Origin: an uncultured Erysipelotrichaceae bacterium
GTDB taxonomy: Bacteria; Bacillota_I; Bacilli_A; RF39; UBA660
NCBI GenBank assembly: GCA_902794075.1
Contig: CADBGE010000001.1
Coordinates: 276,477 to 340,476, forward strand
Reading direction: 5' to 3'
DNA: 64,000 bases
This document shows, one piece after another, positions 51,792 through 60,908 of this stretch. The translations under genes and the position numbers were made by a program. How positions within the stretch are numbered: position 1 is the stretch's first letter; each line of letters opens with the position of its first letter. Under the pieces are notes generated by a model. That model was not told where the DNA came from, ran no database searches, and saw only the letters and a list, made by a program, of their open reading frames with translations.

Positions 51792-53177
51792 TTATTCTAA
51801 TGATATTTGGTTGTTCTTTATAATTTTTTGAAATTCGTCCTTATCTATAAACTTTGAAAGTCCATTTATACTGTTTACATTTATAATGTTCTTTACTTCA
51901 GCTTTATATGCTGCAAGGAATCCTACATCACTATCTTCATATACATATATATTGTTTGATGATATGAAAGGATATTGCATTATTATTTTTTGATATACCT
52001 CAGAATTTGGTTTTCCATTTTTAACATTATCACCAGTTATAATATAATCAAATAAATCATCAATTTCAAAATATTTTAATACATTATCAACATTTTTCTT
52101 TGATGCAGTTGTCGCAAGACATACAATATTTCCATTTTGTTTTGCATGATATAGATATGAATATAGATTTTTATTAATAGATATTTTGTCAAAGTATTTC
52201 TTATATACACGAGATTTTATTTTCTTTACTTCATTTAGTTTAGATTCATCAAGCTTGAGTGCATTAAGAAGTTCATTGATTCGTAATCCAAAATTACTAT
52301 AATAATTATCTTCAGTTAATTCGTAATCATATATCTTTTTAAATGTTTCCTTATATGCTAAATAATTTGCGTTTTTAGTATCAATAAGTGTTCCATCAAG
52401 ATCAGATATATATAATTTCTTAAACTTATTATTAGACGATATGAAATTCATAATCTCGTCACTAGTTCCAATTGAAGTATATTCATCAAGATGTGACAAT
52501 ATAATTTTCGCACCATCATTAATCATTAGATTATATATATAAGATACATAATATTCGTTTGCTTCAAAGTCAGAAACGTTTTTGTCAAGAATCATCTTTG
52601 CATATTTCTTAAACGACTTTCCATTAGAAAATCCATACACACCAGCCAACGCATGATTAGAAATTGGACATTTTTCTGCAGTACGTTTGACTAAATTATT
52701 TTCATTTATTTCAGCATAACTATACTTGTGAAGATTAGAATCAAATGACAATAGAAATCCATCAATGGCTTCATCAGCATCAATTCGTTCAATTATATCA
52801 TATAGATCATTACTTTTAAATACAAGATCACAATCAAGAACTACACATATATCATCATCATCAATAAATGATTCAGCACACATTATAGTCTCAATTGCGC
52901 CTTTAGTTAAATAATCTATTTGAACTAAATTAAATTCATCAGCAAAATTCCAACCAATCTGATTTACTTTTTTTATATAAAAATCGTTCATAATCTCATT
53001 ACGAACAATCATTGTTAACTTTGTTCTATAACTATTCTTAATTTCATTAAATCCACTAAGAGCATATTCAAATAAATATTTCTCAAACAAATTAATAAAA
53101 GGTTTAGGAGAATTATACATATCGGATGTTCGCGTTCCTAAACCGCCCATTGGCATTATAATATGTAAATTTTTCAT
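51792..53177 (-). CDS. bifunctional sugar-phosphate nucleotidyltransferase / HAD-superfamily hydrolase or mutase
   Basis: 461 aa. N-terminal IIMPMGGLGTR (GxGTR nucleotidyltransferase loop). C-terminal half carries ISDLDGTLIDT (HAD motif I DxDxT) and YEDSDVGFLAA (HAD motif IV). Confidence 0.7.
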   Translation of the reverse strand: MKNLHIIMPMGGLGTRTSDMYNSPKPFINLFEKYLFEYALSGFNEIKNSYRTKLTMIVRNEIMNDFYIKKVNQIGWNFADEFNLVQIDYLTKGAIETIMCAESFIDDDDICVVLDCDLVFKSNDLYDIIERIDADEAIDGFLLSFDSNLHKYSYAEINENNLVKRTAEKCPISNHALAGVYGFSNGKSFKKYAKMILDKNVSDFEANEYYVSYIYNLMINDGAKIILSHLDEYTSIGTSDEIMNFISSNNKFKKLYISDLDGTLIDTKNANYLAYKETFKKIYDYELTEDNYYSNFGLRINELLNALKLDESKLNEVKKIKSRVYKKYFDKISINKNLYSYLYHAKQNGNIVCLATTASKKNVDNVLKYFEIDDLFDYIITGDNVKNGKPNSEVYQKIIMQYPFISSNNIYVYEDSDVGFLAAYKAEVKNIINVNSINGLSKFIDKDEFQKIIKNNQISLE

Positions 53178-53282
53178 ATATTTAAATTGATCATCTTTAT
53201 ATTTTTAATATATAAAAAGTCCTTACCAAAATTTAAATTTTGATAAGTTTATCATAGCATAAATAAAATTATAATAAAAGAT

Positions 53283-54893
53283 ATGAGAACATTTGATGAG
53301 TTCTTAAAAAATCATTATAAATCTAAAAATGTAAGCATTCTTAGTGAGGATGATTCACAAAAAAATAGTGATAATATAAATATAGATAATAATGTATCTG
53401 AAGAAATTGTTGTAGCAAATGATGTAAAGGATACTGAAAATATAGTTGATAAAATGGATAAAAAATCTGGATATTTTTTCAACAATATTATATTTTTCAC
53501 AAATAGTAGAGATCCCTCAAAAAATAAGACGTTAAAAAATCTTGAAGATGCTGTAAAAGGAACTGATATTACTATATATACGTTTGTTGCTGAAGAAGTT
53601 GATTATAAGGCAACAGAAAAAAGTATTAGTATAAAAGACAGTAAAACAAAGTTAAAGATCGATAAACAGTCAAACATTGATACTATTGTTATTGTTCGTC
53701 TTGGAGCACAAGATTCAGAACTTTGTGTTGAATGCATAAAAGAATTACAACAGTGGGGATTATTTGTTCTTAATCCAATTCAGAATGCAAAGAAAGCTTC
53801 TAATAAATATTCATCAGCTGTTCTTATGGAAAGATATGGAATTCCACAGCCAAAGTTTACATTGCTTACGAAGAATGACATTGAAAAAGGTGATGAAAGT
53901 CTTTCAAAAAAATTAAAGAATATTTATTCGGACATTGGAGATGATGAGAAAGCCGATAAGAAAAAGGAATATGTTGTAAAATTGTTAAATGGTCATGGTG
54001 GTACAGGTGTATTTATGTGCAACGGAAAGACAATATTAAGTATCCTTCAAGCTATGTTTGCTGTTGATGAAGAACTTGAACTTCTCTGTCAGAAGAAAGA
54101 AGAAGCTGACGGAGGAGACATACGGGTTCATGTTCTTACAATGAGAACAAAGCAGATGATACTTGCTCAGATGAAGCGAGTTAAGATATCTGGAGATTTC
54201 CGTTCAAATGTTTCTTTAGGTGCAACCGCAGAAAAAGTTGAATTAACTAAAGAACAAGAAGATATTGCATTGAAGGTTGCAAAGATTTCTGGTATGCCGT
54301 GGTGTGCAGTTGACATAATGCCATTGGTTAAAGATTCTAATCCAGAAATTGGCGATAATGTTGTACTTGAATATAATTCATCCCCAGGTACAGAAGGAAT
54401 ATCTGATGTAATTGATGAAAACTTTGTTAAGATTCTTCTTGATAATATAAATGACATTAATGAACTTGTTCTTTATCCAAAATCTATTGGATACATAGAG
54501 AATATTACATTTAAGTTCAATGATGATGATGCACCGGTTACAATGGAAGCAAAACTTGATACAGGTAACGGTGCATATGCTTCAACAATAGGTTGTGAAA
54601 AGGTTGAAGTTAAAGATGATGAGGTTGTTGCCACACTTAATGACAAGGAATATCATTTTAAGAAACATGGATCATCAAATCCTCGAGTAGGTCAGGTAAC
54701 AGAATCAAGAACTACAGTTATTGTTCCTGAGATTCAGATTGGAACTCGTAAATTGCTTGATGTTGAATTTGCTCTTGTTGACAATAGAAAGAAGTCAACA
54801 AAGATACTACTTAATAGAGATATATTATCTAAGATGGCTTACATGATTAACCCAGCTCAGAAAAAAACATTAGATGAAAATAAAAAAATATGA
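53283..54893 (+). CDS. RimK-type ATP-grasp ligase fused to a C-terminal retropepsin-like (Zn_protease/DUF785-like) domain, with CTS-like leader
   Basis: 536 aa. LNGHGGTGVF, GGDIRVHVL, SGDFRSNVSLGATAE and CAVDIM...LEYNSSPG parallel E. coli RimK blocks as I recall them. C-terminal MEAKLDTGNGAYASTIG resembles the AKxDTGA signature of the RimK-associated protease-like domain. The N-terminus is MRTFDEFLKN. Confidence 0.7.
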   Translation: MRTFDEFLKNHYKSKNVSILSEDDSQKNSDNINIDNNVSEEIVVANDVKDTENIVDKMDKKSGYFFNNIIFFTNSRDPSKNKTLKNLEDAVKGTDITIYTFVAEEVDYKATEKSISIKDSKTKLKIDKQSNIDTIVIVRLGAQDSELCVECIKELQQWGLFVLNPIQNAKKASNKYSSAVLMERYGIPQPKFTLLTKNDIEKGDESLSKKLKNIYSDIGDDEKADKKKEYVVKLLNGHGGTGVFMCNGKTILSILQAMFAVDEELELLCQKKEEADGGDIRVHVLTMRTKQMILAQMKRVKISGDFRSNVSLGATAEKVELTKEQEDIALKVAKISGMPWCAVDIMPLVKDSNPEIGDNVVLEYNSSPGTEGISDVIDENFVKILLDNINDINELVLYPKSIGYIENITFKFNDDDAPVTMEAKLDTGNGAYASTIGCEKVEVKDDEVVATLNDKEYHFKKHGSSNPRVGQVTESRTTVIVPEIQIGTRKLLDVEFALVDNRKKSTKILLNRDILSKMAYMINPAQKKTLDENKKI

Positions 54894-55690
54894 AGTCGTT
54901 AAAACATTACATAAAATCTGATAAATCATATTTAATTTCATTATCTGAAAAACTGTTAATCAATAAGAACTATGACATTTATAATTATCGTCCAACAACG
55001 AGAGAAGAACTAAAGGCTTCAATACAAGAACACTATAATAATGATATATATGATTTAAATGATATAGATGTATCTAATATAACTGACTTTAGTTCACTTT
55101 TTTACAGAGATAAAAATACAGGAAACAAAGATTTTAACATTAGTGATTGGAATGTAAGCAATGGTATGAATTTTTCTTTGATGTTTTATGAATGTAAAGA
55201 ATTTAATTTTGATATAAGTAAATGGAATGTTAGTAATGGCATTGATTTTTCACATATGTTTTCTGAATGTCACAAATTTAATTGTAACTTGAGTGATTGG
55301 GACGTAAGTAATGGCAAGAATTTTTCATATATGTTTAATGAGTGTGAAAACTTTAATCAAAACTTAAAATATTGGAATGTAAGTAAATGTAAAGATTTTT
55401 CTGGTATGTTCAAAAAGTGCTATAAATTTAATTCAAATTTAAGTAAGTGGAATGTAAGTAATGGAGAAGATTTTTCTTCAATGTTTTATAATTGTCAAGA
55501 ATTTAATTCTAACTTAAGTAAATGGGATGTGAGTAGTGGAGAAGATTTTGCATGGATGTTTGGATATTGTAAAAAATTTAATTCAGACATTAGTAAATGG
55601 AATATATCTGATAAATCAATTTTATATATTAATCAGATGTTTTATGGCTGTCCTATAGATGATAAATATAAGCCAAAGGGAGTACAATGA
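54890..55690 (+). CDS. DUF285 / BspA-type repeat protein with CTS-like leader
   Basis: 266 aa with seven tandem units of about 25 aa of F..MF..C..FN..(I/L)S.W(N/D)VS.G..; 4-nt overlap with the upstream gene. The N-terminus is MKSLKHYIKS. Confidence 0.7.
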   Translation: MKSLKHYIKSDKSYLISLSEKLLINKNYDIYNYRPTTREELKASIQEHYNNDIYDLNDIDVSNITDFSSLFYRDKNTGNKDFNISDWNVSNGMNFSLMFYECKEFNFDISKWNVSNGIDFSHMFSECHKFNCNLSDWDVSNGKNFSYMFNECENFNQNLKYWNVSKCKDFSGMFKKCYKFNSNLSKWNVSNGEDFSSMFYNCQEFNSNLSKWDVSSGEDFAWMFGYCKKFNSDISKWNISDKSILYINQMFYGCPIDDKYKPKGVQ

Positions 55691-55765
55691 AGTCATTAAG
55701 AAACTATAATACAGTGATATGAACTAATTAATGATTATCTTATAATTTAAATTTTATTTATGTTG

Positions 55766-55791
55766 TAGCAGGATGACATCCTGCTATTTTT
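55766..55791 (+). terminator. rho-independent terminator
   Basis: tagcagga-tgaca-tcctgcta hairpin (55766-55786) followed by ttttt. Confidence 0.7.
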
Positions 55792-55871
55792 ATATATTTG
55801 TATGAACTATCCTCTTGTTAATAATTTCAAAATATTTTTAATATATAATAAATTTTAATAGAAATCAACAC

Positions 55872-56747
55872 ATGCCTACTAAAAAAATTAAAAATTATGA
55901 CATATACTTTGGCGGATATGTTCAACGAAGTAAAAGCATTAAGAAAATTTCATTTGATAATTCATCTTTAATATTATATAAAGGCGACGAATACGATTTA
56001 AATTTTACTGTATATCCTAATGATGCTTTTTATAGTGAAATTGAATGGGCATCAAGCGATGAAAAAGTCGTTAGTATTGATGAAGACGGACATATTGTTG
56101 CCTTAAAAGGTGGTAAAGCTACTATATCTATTACAATAAACAATATTGTAGCAAGATGCTTTATTACAGTTCGTGAAGTAATTCATTTTGAAGATCCATT
56201 AGTAAAAAGTATTCTTGTTCGCAATTATGATTTTGATGGTGATGGAGAGATTTCATATATAGAGGCTGCACGTGTAACATCTATACCATTTCCAATGTTT
56301 ACAGGCATGCCAATACAATCATTTGATGAACTTTCATATTTTAAAAATGTTAAAACAATTGCACCACATGCTTTTGATTCTTGTGATAAGTTAACAAGCA
56401 TATCATTTCCTGCAGGATTAGAAAAAATAAATAAAAATGCATTTTCATATTGTAATTCATTAACTGAAATTATGATTACACCAAATGTGAAAAGTATTGG
56501 TACAAACGCTTTTTCTGATTGTGCAAATTTAAAGGTTGCTTATATAAATAGTAATATTCCCCCAAAGAATGGTAACAAAATTCTTGACAGATGTCCAAAT
56601 TTAGATAGAATAATTGTTCCAGGCGAATATGTTGATGATTACCTTAATGCTATAAATTGGGGTATGCTTAATGATGAAGAATATTTATACTATTCATATA
56701 TAATTATACAATGTTTTGATTATACGTTTGACTTCTTTTTATCATGA
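55872..56747 (+). CDS. Big_2 Ig-like domain plus BspA-type LRR_5 protein
   Basis: 291 aa. N-terminal SLILYKGDEYDLNFTVYPNDA...WASSDEKVVSIDEDGHIVALKGGKATISI is Big_2-like. The C-terminal half has AFDSCDKLTSISFPAGLEKINKNAFSYCNSLTEIMITPNVKSIGTNAFSDC repeats. Confidence 0.65.
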   Translation: MPTKKIKNYDIYFGGYVQRSKSIKKISFDNSSLILYKGDEYDLNFTVYPNDAFYSEIEWASSDEKVVSIDEDGHIVALKGGKATISITINNIVARCFITVREVIHFEDPLVKSILVRNYDFDGDGEISYIEAARVTSIPFPMFTGMPIQSFDELSYFKNVKTIAPHAFDSCDKLTSISFPAGLEKINKNAFSYCNSLTEIMITPNVKSIGTNAFSDCANLKVAYINSNIPPKNGNKILDRCPNLDRIIVPGEYVDDYLNAINWGMLNDEEYLYYSYIIIQCFDYTFDFFLS

Positions 56748-58720
56748 TTAGAGAACTTATAAACATAAGAAATCTTCCGTATGTTGTAGAACTATACGAT
56801 GCATATGATGACAATATTGTTCATTATGAACAGTTTGTTATGTTTCGTAACTATGACATATATAATGATGTATTTGCTGATAAAGAATTATATTTTGTTG
56901 ATAAAAATGTATGGGATTCAAATGGACCAAATGGAAATATAATTTGGCCAATATGCGAAGAACTTGGGTCTGGATTTGGAACAGAATATAAATATTTTAA
57001 TGGATTTTTTTCTGAATATGGACTTACAAATGGATATGATGTAAATATACTATATAATAAATTTAAAAATGTTGCTAATGTAAGATGCAACAAAATAAGA
57101 ATATATAGACCAACGGTTAAGGACACAAATGATATGATTATTCATGTCGACAATTTTATAAATAATATTCATATTCATTATTTATGTACTACATATAATT
57201 CATGCCCAATCAATTCAAACAATGAATTTAAATTAAACAATGTTACTTATTCAGAATACATTGAATTTTATGTTCCTAATGTATATGATTTATTTGATAA
57301 TGATAAACTAAATAATCATATTGGATGTTATTTTAAAGAAAATCTTAATGTTGTTGAGTTCTGTTCAAATGTTAAGGAGGATATGCTGTTTATTGATGAA
57401 GATGAAAAACATGTATTTTTTCCATTAGACATATTTTCATTACCATACGAATTAAAAGAAAAAGAGTATAATGGCGAAGTATATACAGTAAAGCATTATA
57501 AATCAGTTGCTAAATCAATTGAAAATAACTACATATCATATCCTGTAAACATAACATTATGGTCATATGATGAGATACTAAATAACAAATTTATAAAGGA
57601 TGATTTTTGGGGTGAAGCATCTGCAACATTTATAAAAGATCTTAAATTTACATTATCAGCAAATCTTGGTTTTGTAAATAATCATGTGTCCGTTATTGCA
57701 AAGTTTAATTTTCCAAATCGTGATGAATTTGAGAATGCCTATAAAGATGATGTAGACATTACACCAGTCTGTCATGCATATATGAAGTATAATAATGTTG
57801 TAGAAAATTATTATGATAATGTTGAATATGAAATGATTGAAAAATATAGAGAAGAACTTAATGTAACTCCTCTTAATGACGAAGATAAAATAATCGTTAC
57901 TGACTATTTTATAAAACGTGGACAAACAGTAAATGTGGATAATGATAAGGAATTACGAGAAAAATATATAGAAATGAAAATTCAGTCTCTATATGATGAA
58001 CTTAATGAAGATTCAGACACTAAACTAAAATTCATCGGATTTAGAGTTATAATAGGTTCAGATCCAAATTTTAAACATATCATATATGACAACAATGTTA
58101 AGATAAAATTTACGGAACTTGATGATTTTTCATTCAACATAAATGATATGTTCGAAAGTTGGAATAATGTATATGACGGTTATTATGCAGTTAAAGTAAT
58201 ATTTGTTGATAGATTATTAGGAACTGAAATAATGTCTAATTCCGTTATTTTATCTCCTGAATGGATTAAGTATATGATTAATTCAACAAACGAACGCATC
58301 ATTAATTTTGATAACATTAATAAAGATAATGAAATTGATAATGATATGGAATATAATTTTATAGAAAATATTCGTTGCATAGTAAATAAGAAACGGGATG
58401 ATAAAAATAAAATTATTCGCGGAAATAATTCTCCAAAAATATTATATAAACCAATATTTTATCGTGTCTCAAATTTACAAAATGTAAGAATAAGAAGAAA
58501 TGTAAAGCAGAAGATTGGAATTAATCTTGCTGAATATATGACAAAGGTTGAGACATTTAAACTTCTTCTTAATGGCAATGAATATATTGAATATGGACGT
58601 GCTGATGCATTTGTAATATTTGAAATATCAGGAAATAACTTTTCATCATCAAATGGAGCATATGACATACTAAACCAAGATGATGAATATATTTCAAGTG
58701 GCGCATATTCATTAATGTAA
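56744..58720 (+). CDS. large virion structural protein (baseplate/tail candidate)
   Basis: 658-aa ORF immediately upstream of the gp25-like and J-like genes. No family recognised. Confidence 0.5.
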   Translation: MIRELINIRNLPYVVELYDAYDDNIVHYEQFVMFRNYDIYNDVFADKELYFVDKNVWDSNGPNGNIIWPICEELGSGFGTEYKYFNGFFSEYGLTNGYDVNILYNKFKNVANVRCNKIRIYRPTVKDTNDMIIHVDNFINNIHIHYLCTTYNSCPINSNNEFKLNNVTYSEYIEFYVPNVYDLFDNDKLNNHIGCYFKENLNVVEFCSNVKEDMLFIDEDEKHVFFPLDIFSLPYELKEKEYNGEVYTVKHYKSVAKSIENNYISYPVNITLWSYDEILNNKFIKDDFWGEASATFIKDLKFTLSANLGFVNNHVSVIAKFNFPNRDEFENAYKDDVDITPVCHAYMKYNNVVENYYDNVEYEMIEKYREELNVTPLNDEDKIIVTDYFIKRGQTVNVDNDKELREKYIEMKIQSLYDELNEDSDTKLKFIGFRVIIGSDPNFKHIIYDNNVKIKFTELDDFSFNINDMFESWNNVYDGYYAVKVIFVDRLLGTEIMSNSVILSPEWIKYMINSTNERIINFDNINKDNEIDNDMEYNFIENIRCIVNKKRDDKNKIIRGNNSPKILYKPIFYRVSNLQNVRIRRNVKQKIGINLAEYMTKVETFKLLLNGNEYIEYGRADAFVIFEISGNNFSSSNGAYDILNQDDEYISSGAYSLM

Positions 58721-58744
58721 AGTAAAATATATATAAAAACAATT

Positions 58745-59098
58745 ATGACAGATTTTGCTCTTGATGATTCTGTGTTTATACAATCAAATATTTCTGCAGC
58801 ATTACAAGAATTAGACATTCTTTTTAATACTGAAAATACTGAATTAATAGGATATCCTACTTATGGAGTAAATTTTGAACAATTTTTATGGCAATTAAGT
58901 CCATCTCCAAATGCTCTTAAGACTTATATAGAAGAACATATTCAGAAATATACTTTTTTCTGTAAAGATTTTGATGTAGTCGTTAATGTTAATGTTATAG
59001 ATGGTGAATATAGAAATATATATAATGTTATGATAATATTACGTACTGATCCAAAATCTAAACAAGCTGCGGGATTTAGAATCTATCAACTACGTTGA
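58745..59098 (+). CDS. baseplate wedge protein, gp25/GpW-like
   Basis: 117 aa. ALQELDILFNTENTELIGYPTYGVNFEQFLWQ fits the gp25/W pattern (I..IL.T..GE....P.FG..L..L.F). The size is typical. Confidence 0.55.
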   Translation: MTDFALDDSVFIQSNISAALQELDILFNTENTELIGYPTYGVNFEQFLWQLSPSPNALKTYIEEHIQKYTFFCKDFDVVVNVNVIDGEYRNIYNVMIILRTDPKSKQAAGFRIYQLR

Positions 59099-59130
59099 TG
59101 CTTATGAAATAATATTAACTTAGATAATAT

Positions 59131-60825
59131 ATGAAACTATTTAATGTAATAGAAACATCTTTTGATAGATATGATGAAACTATAAAAAAATATTTATCAA
59201 ATGTATTTGGAAGCCTTGGAATGCAATATTCTCACTCCCAAATATTTGGTGCTGTGTATGATGGCATAAGAGGCATTTTACAGAATGCAATGTTCTATAT
59301 AGAAGATGCTTTAACAGAACAAAACATATTTACAGCAACTCGACAAAAATCAGTATATTCATTAGCAAAAATATCCGGTTATGAACCTTATTATGGTTGT
59401 GCAGCCACAGGAACAATCATTGCACAAATAAATGCTAATGTTGAACTTGAAAATAAAACTACAAAAATATTTATACAGAACTATTCAAGAATTGTCAATC
59501 AAAGAACCGGCGTAACTTATTTAATAGTATTGCCTACAGAATATTATGTAATAGATCTTTCAAAACCAATTGTTAAGCATGAGTTCAAAGTTGTTCAGGG
59601 ACGACTGGAAAATGACCAATATGTTGCATCTGGAAGACCATGGGAAACTGTAAGTATAGATACAAATGAGTTATGGGATAAAGAATATATGACAGTTAAA
59701 GTTAATGGCAAGGAATATACTCAATGTGTAAGTGTCTATGATATGACTCCGGGAGGTGAAGAATATGTTGCAAGAACTGGCTTTGACGGAAAAATAGAAA
59801 TAATGTTTGGTAATGGAACATTTGGTAATATAGTGCCAGGTGGTTCAACAATAGACATTCAAATGGTTAAACATATTGGTGCATCAGGAAATGTCATTAA
59901 TAATGAGGCTGGAATATTTGCCATGCAGTCATCAGGATATGACACAATAGGAAATGGTGTAAATGTAAATGCTTATATGACGTTTAAACTTCAAAATCCA
60001 ATATGTGGTGGTACTAATTCTGATTCCGCTAATTTTATAAAAACAATAATTGGATATAATTCACGTTCATTAGTACTTGCTTCTGAGGACAACTTCAAAT
60101 TATTCTTTAAAAGATTTTCATTTATTGGATATGTGAATTGTTGGTCAGAAAAAAATTCAATGTGTATAACAGCAACATGTCTAAGTAATAAAGCACAACA
60201 AGTAAAAGGCGTTGATGAATATTATGATCTTAATCCTGATGATCTATTACTTAATGATGAACAAAAGATTATGATTCAGGAAACATTAAGTAATTCAAAA
60301 AGAACATTTGCTGGTGTTACATTAAAATTTCAAGATCCTATCATTAGACGATATGCAATAATATGTTATGTCAAAATAAGCAATATATATGACAAGGAAA
60401 CTGTTACGATAGGAATTAAATCAACACTTGCTAATTATTTCATGAAGTTGTTCAACAATGTTCATTTTATTCCAAAGTCAGATTTAATTAAACAAATATT
60501 GGATAACAATAGTTCAATTAAGTCTATAGATATAGACATCATTTCTGAATTAGCAGAACAGACATATTATAATGGTTATTATAATAAATATGAACTACGA
60601 CTTGTAAATGGTGAATATAAATATGTTCCTATAAAAGTGATGTATGAACCTGGAACATTCCCGGGGCTTGATGATTTTGGAAATATAGTTCTTAGTTCAA
60701 AACTTGAAATTCCAGTATTACATGGTGGATTTAATTATTATATGAATAAGACAAATGATAAAAAGGTTGGATTAAGTCAAAATAATTGTATGAGGATTCA
60801 AACTGTACAGGTTTATTTCATATAA
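59131..60825 (+). CDS. baseplate J/gp6-like protein (tentative)
   Basis: 564-aa ORF directly after the gp25-like gene, matching the conserved gp25-J synteny. No motif was verified. Confidence 0.4.
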   Translation: MKLFNVIETSFDRYDETIKKYLSNVFGSLGMQYSHSQIFGAVYDGIRGILQNAMFYIEDALTEQNIFTATRQKSVYSLAKISGYEPYYGCAATGTIIAQINANVELENKTTKIFIQNYSRIVNQRTGVTYLIVLPTEYYVIDLSKPIVKHEFKVVQGRLENDQYVASGRPWETVSIDTNELWDKEYMTVKVNGKEYTQCVSVYDMTPGGEEYVARTGFDGKIEIMFGNGTFGNIVPGGSTIDIQMVKHIGASGNVINNEAGIFAMQSSGYDTIGNGVNVNAYMTFKLQNPICGGTNSDSANFIKTIIGYNSRSLVLASEDNFKLFFKRFSFIGYVNCWSEKNSMCITATCLSNKAQQVKGVDEYYDLNPDDLLLNDEQKIMIQETLSNSKRTFAGVTLKFQDPIIRRYAIICYVKISNIYDKETVTIGIKSTLANYFMKLFNNVHFIPKSDLIKQILDNNSSIKSIDIDIISELAEQTYYNGYYNKYELRLVNGEYKYVPIKVMYEPGTFPGLDDFGNIVLSSKLEIPVLHGGFNYYMNKTNDKKVGLSQNNCMRIQTVQVYFI

Positions 60826-60851
60826 ACATATATTATTATATTATTTAATTA

Positions 60852-60879
60852 AAAGGAGAGTACTTAAGTACTCTCCTTT
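60852..60879. terminator. bidirectional rho-independent terminator between convergent genes
   Basis: Perfect 28-bp palindrome aaaggagagtactt/aagtactctccttt, flanked by an A run on the left and T-rich sequence on the right. Confidence 0.7.
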
Positions 60880-60908
60880 GTTGTCATTGAACTTTAAAAA
60901 TTCAATTT

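Noticed and set aside
60895-60905. aaaaattcaat next to the 60852-60879 terminator as another promoter-motif copy.
   Set aside because: It lies downstream of a minus-strand gene and faces a convergent plus-strand operon, so no gene would be served. It also lacks the -10 and ATAATCGTAAT part.
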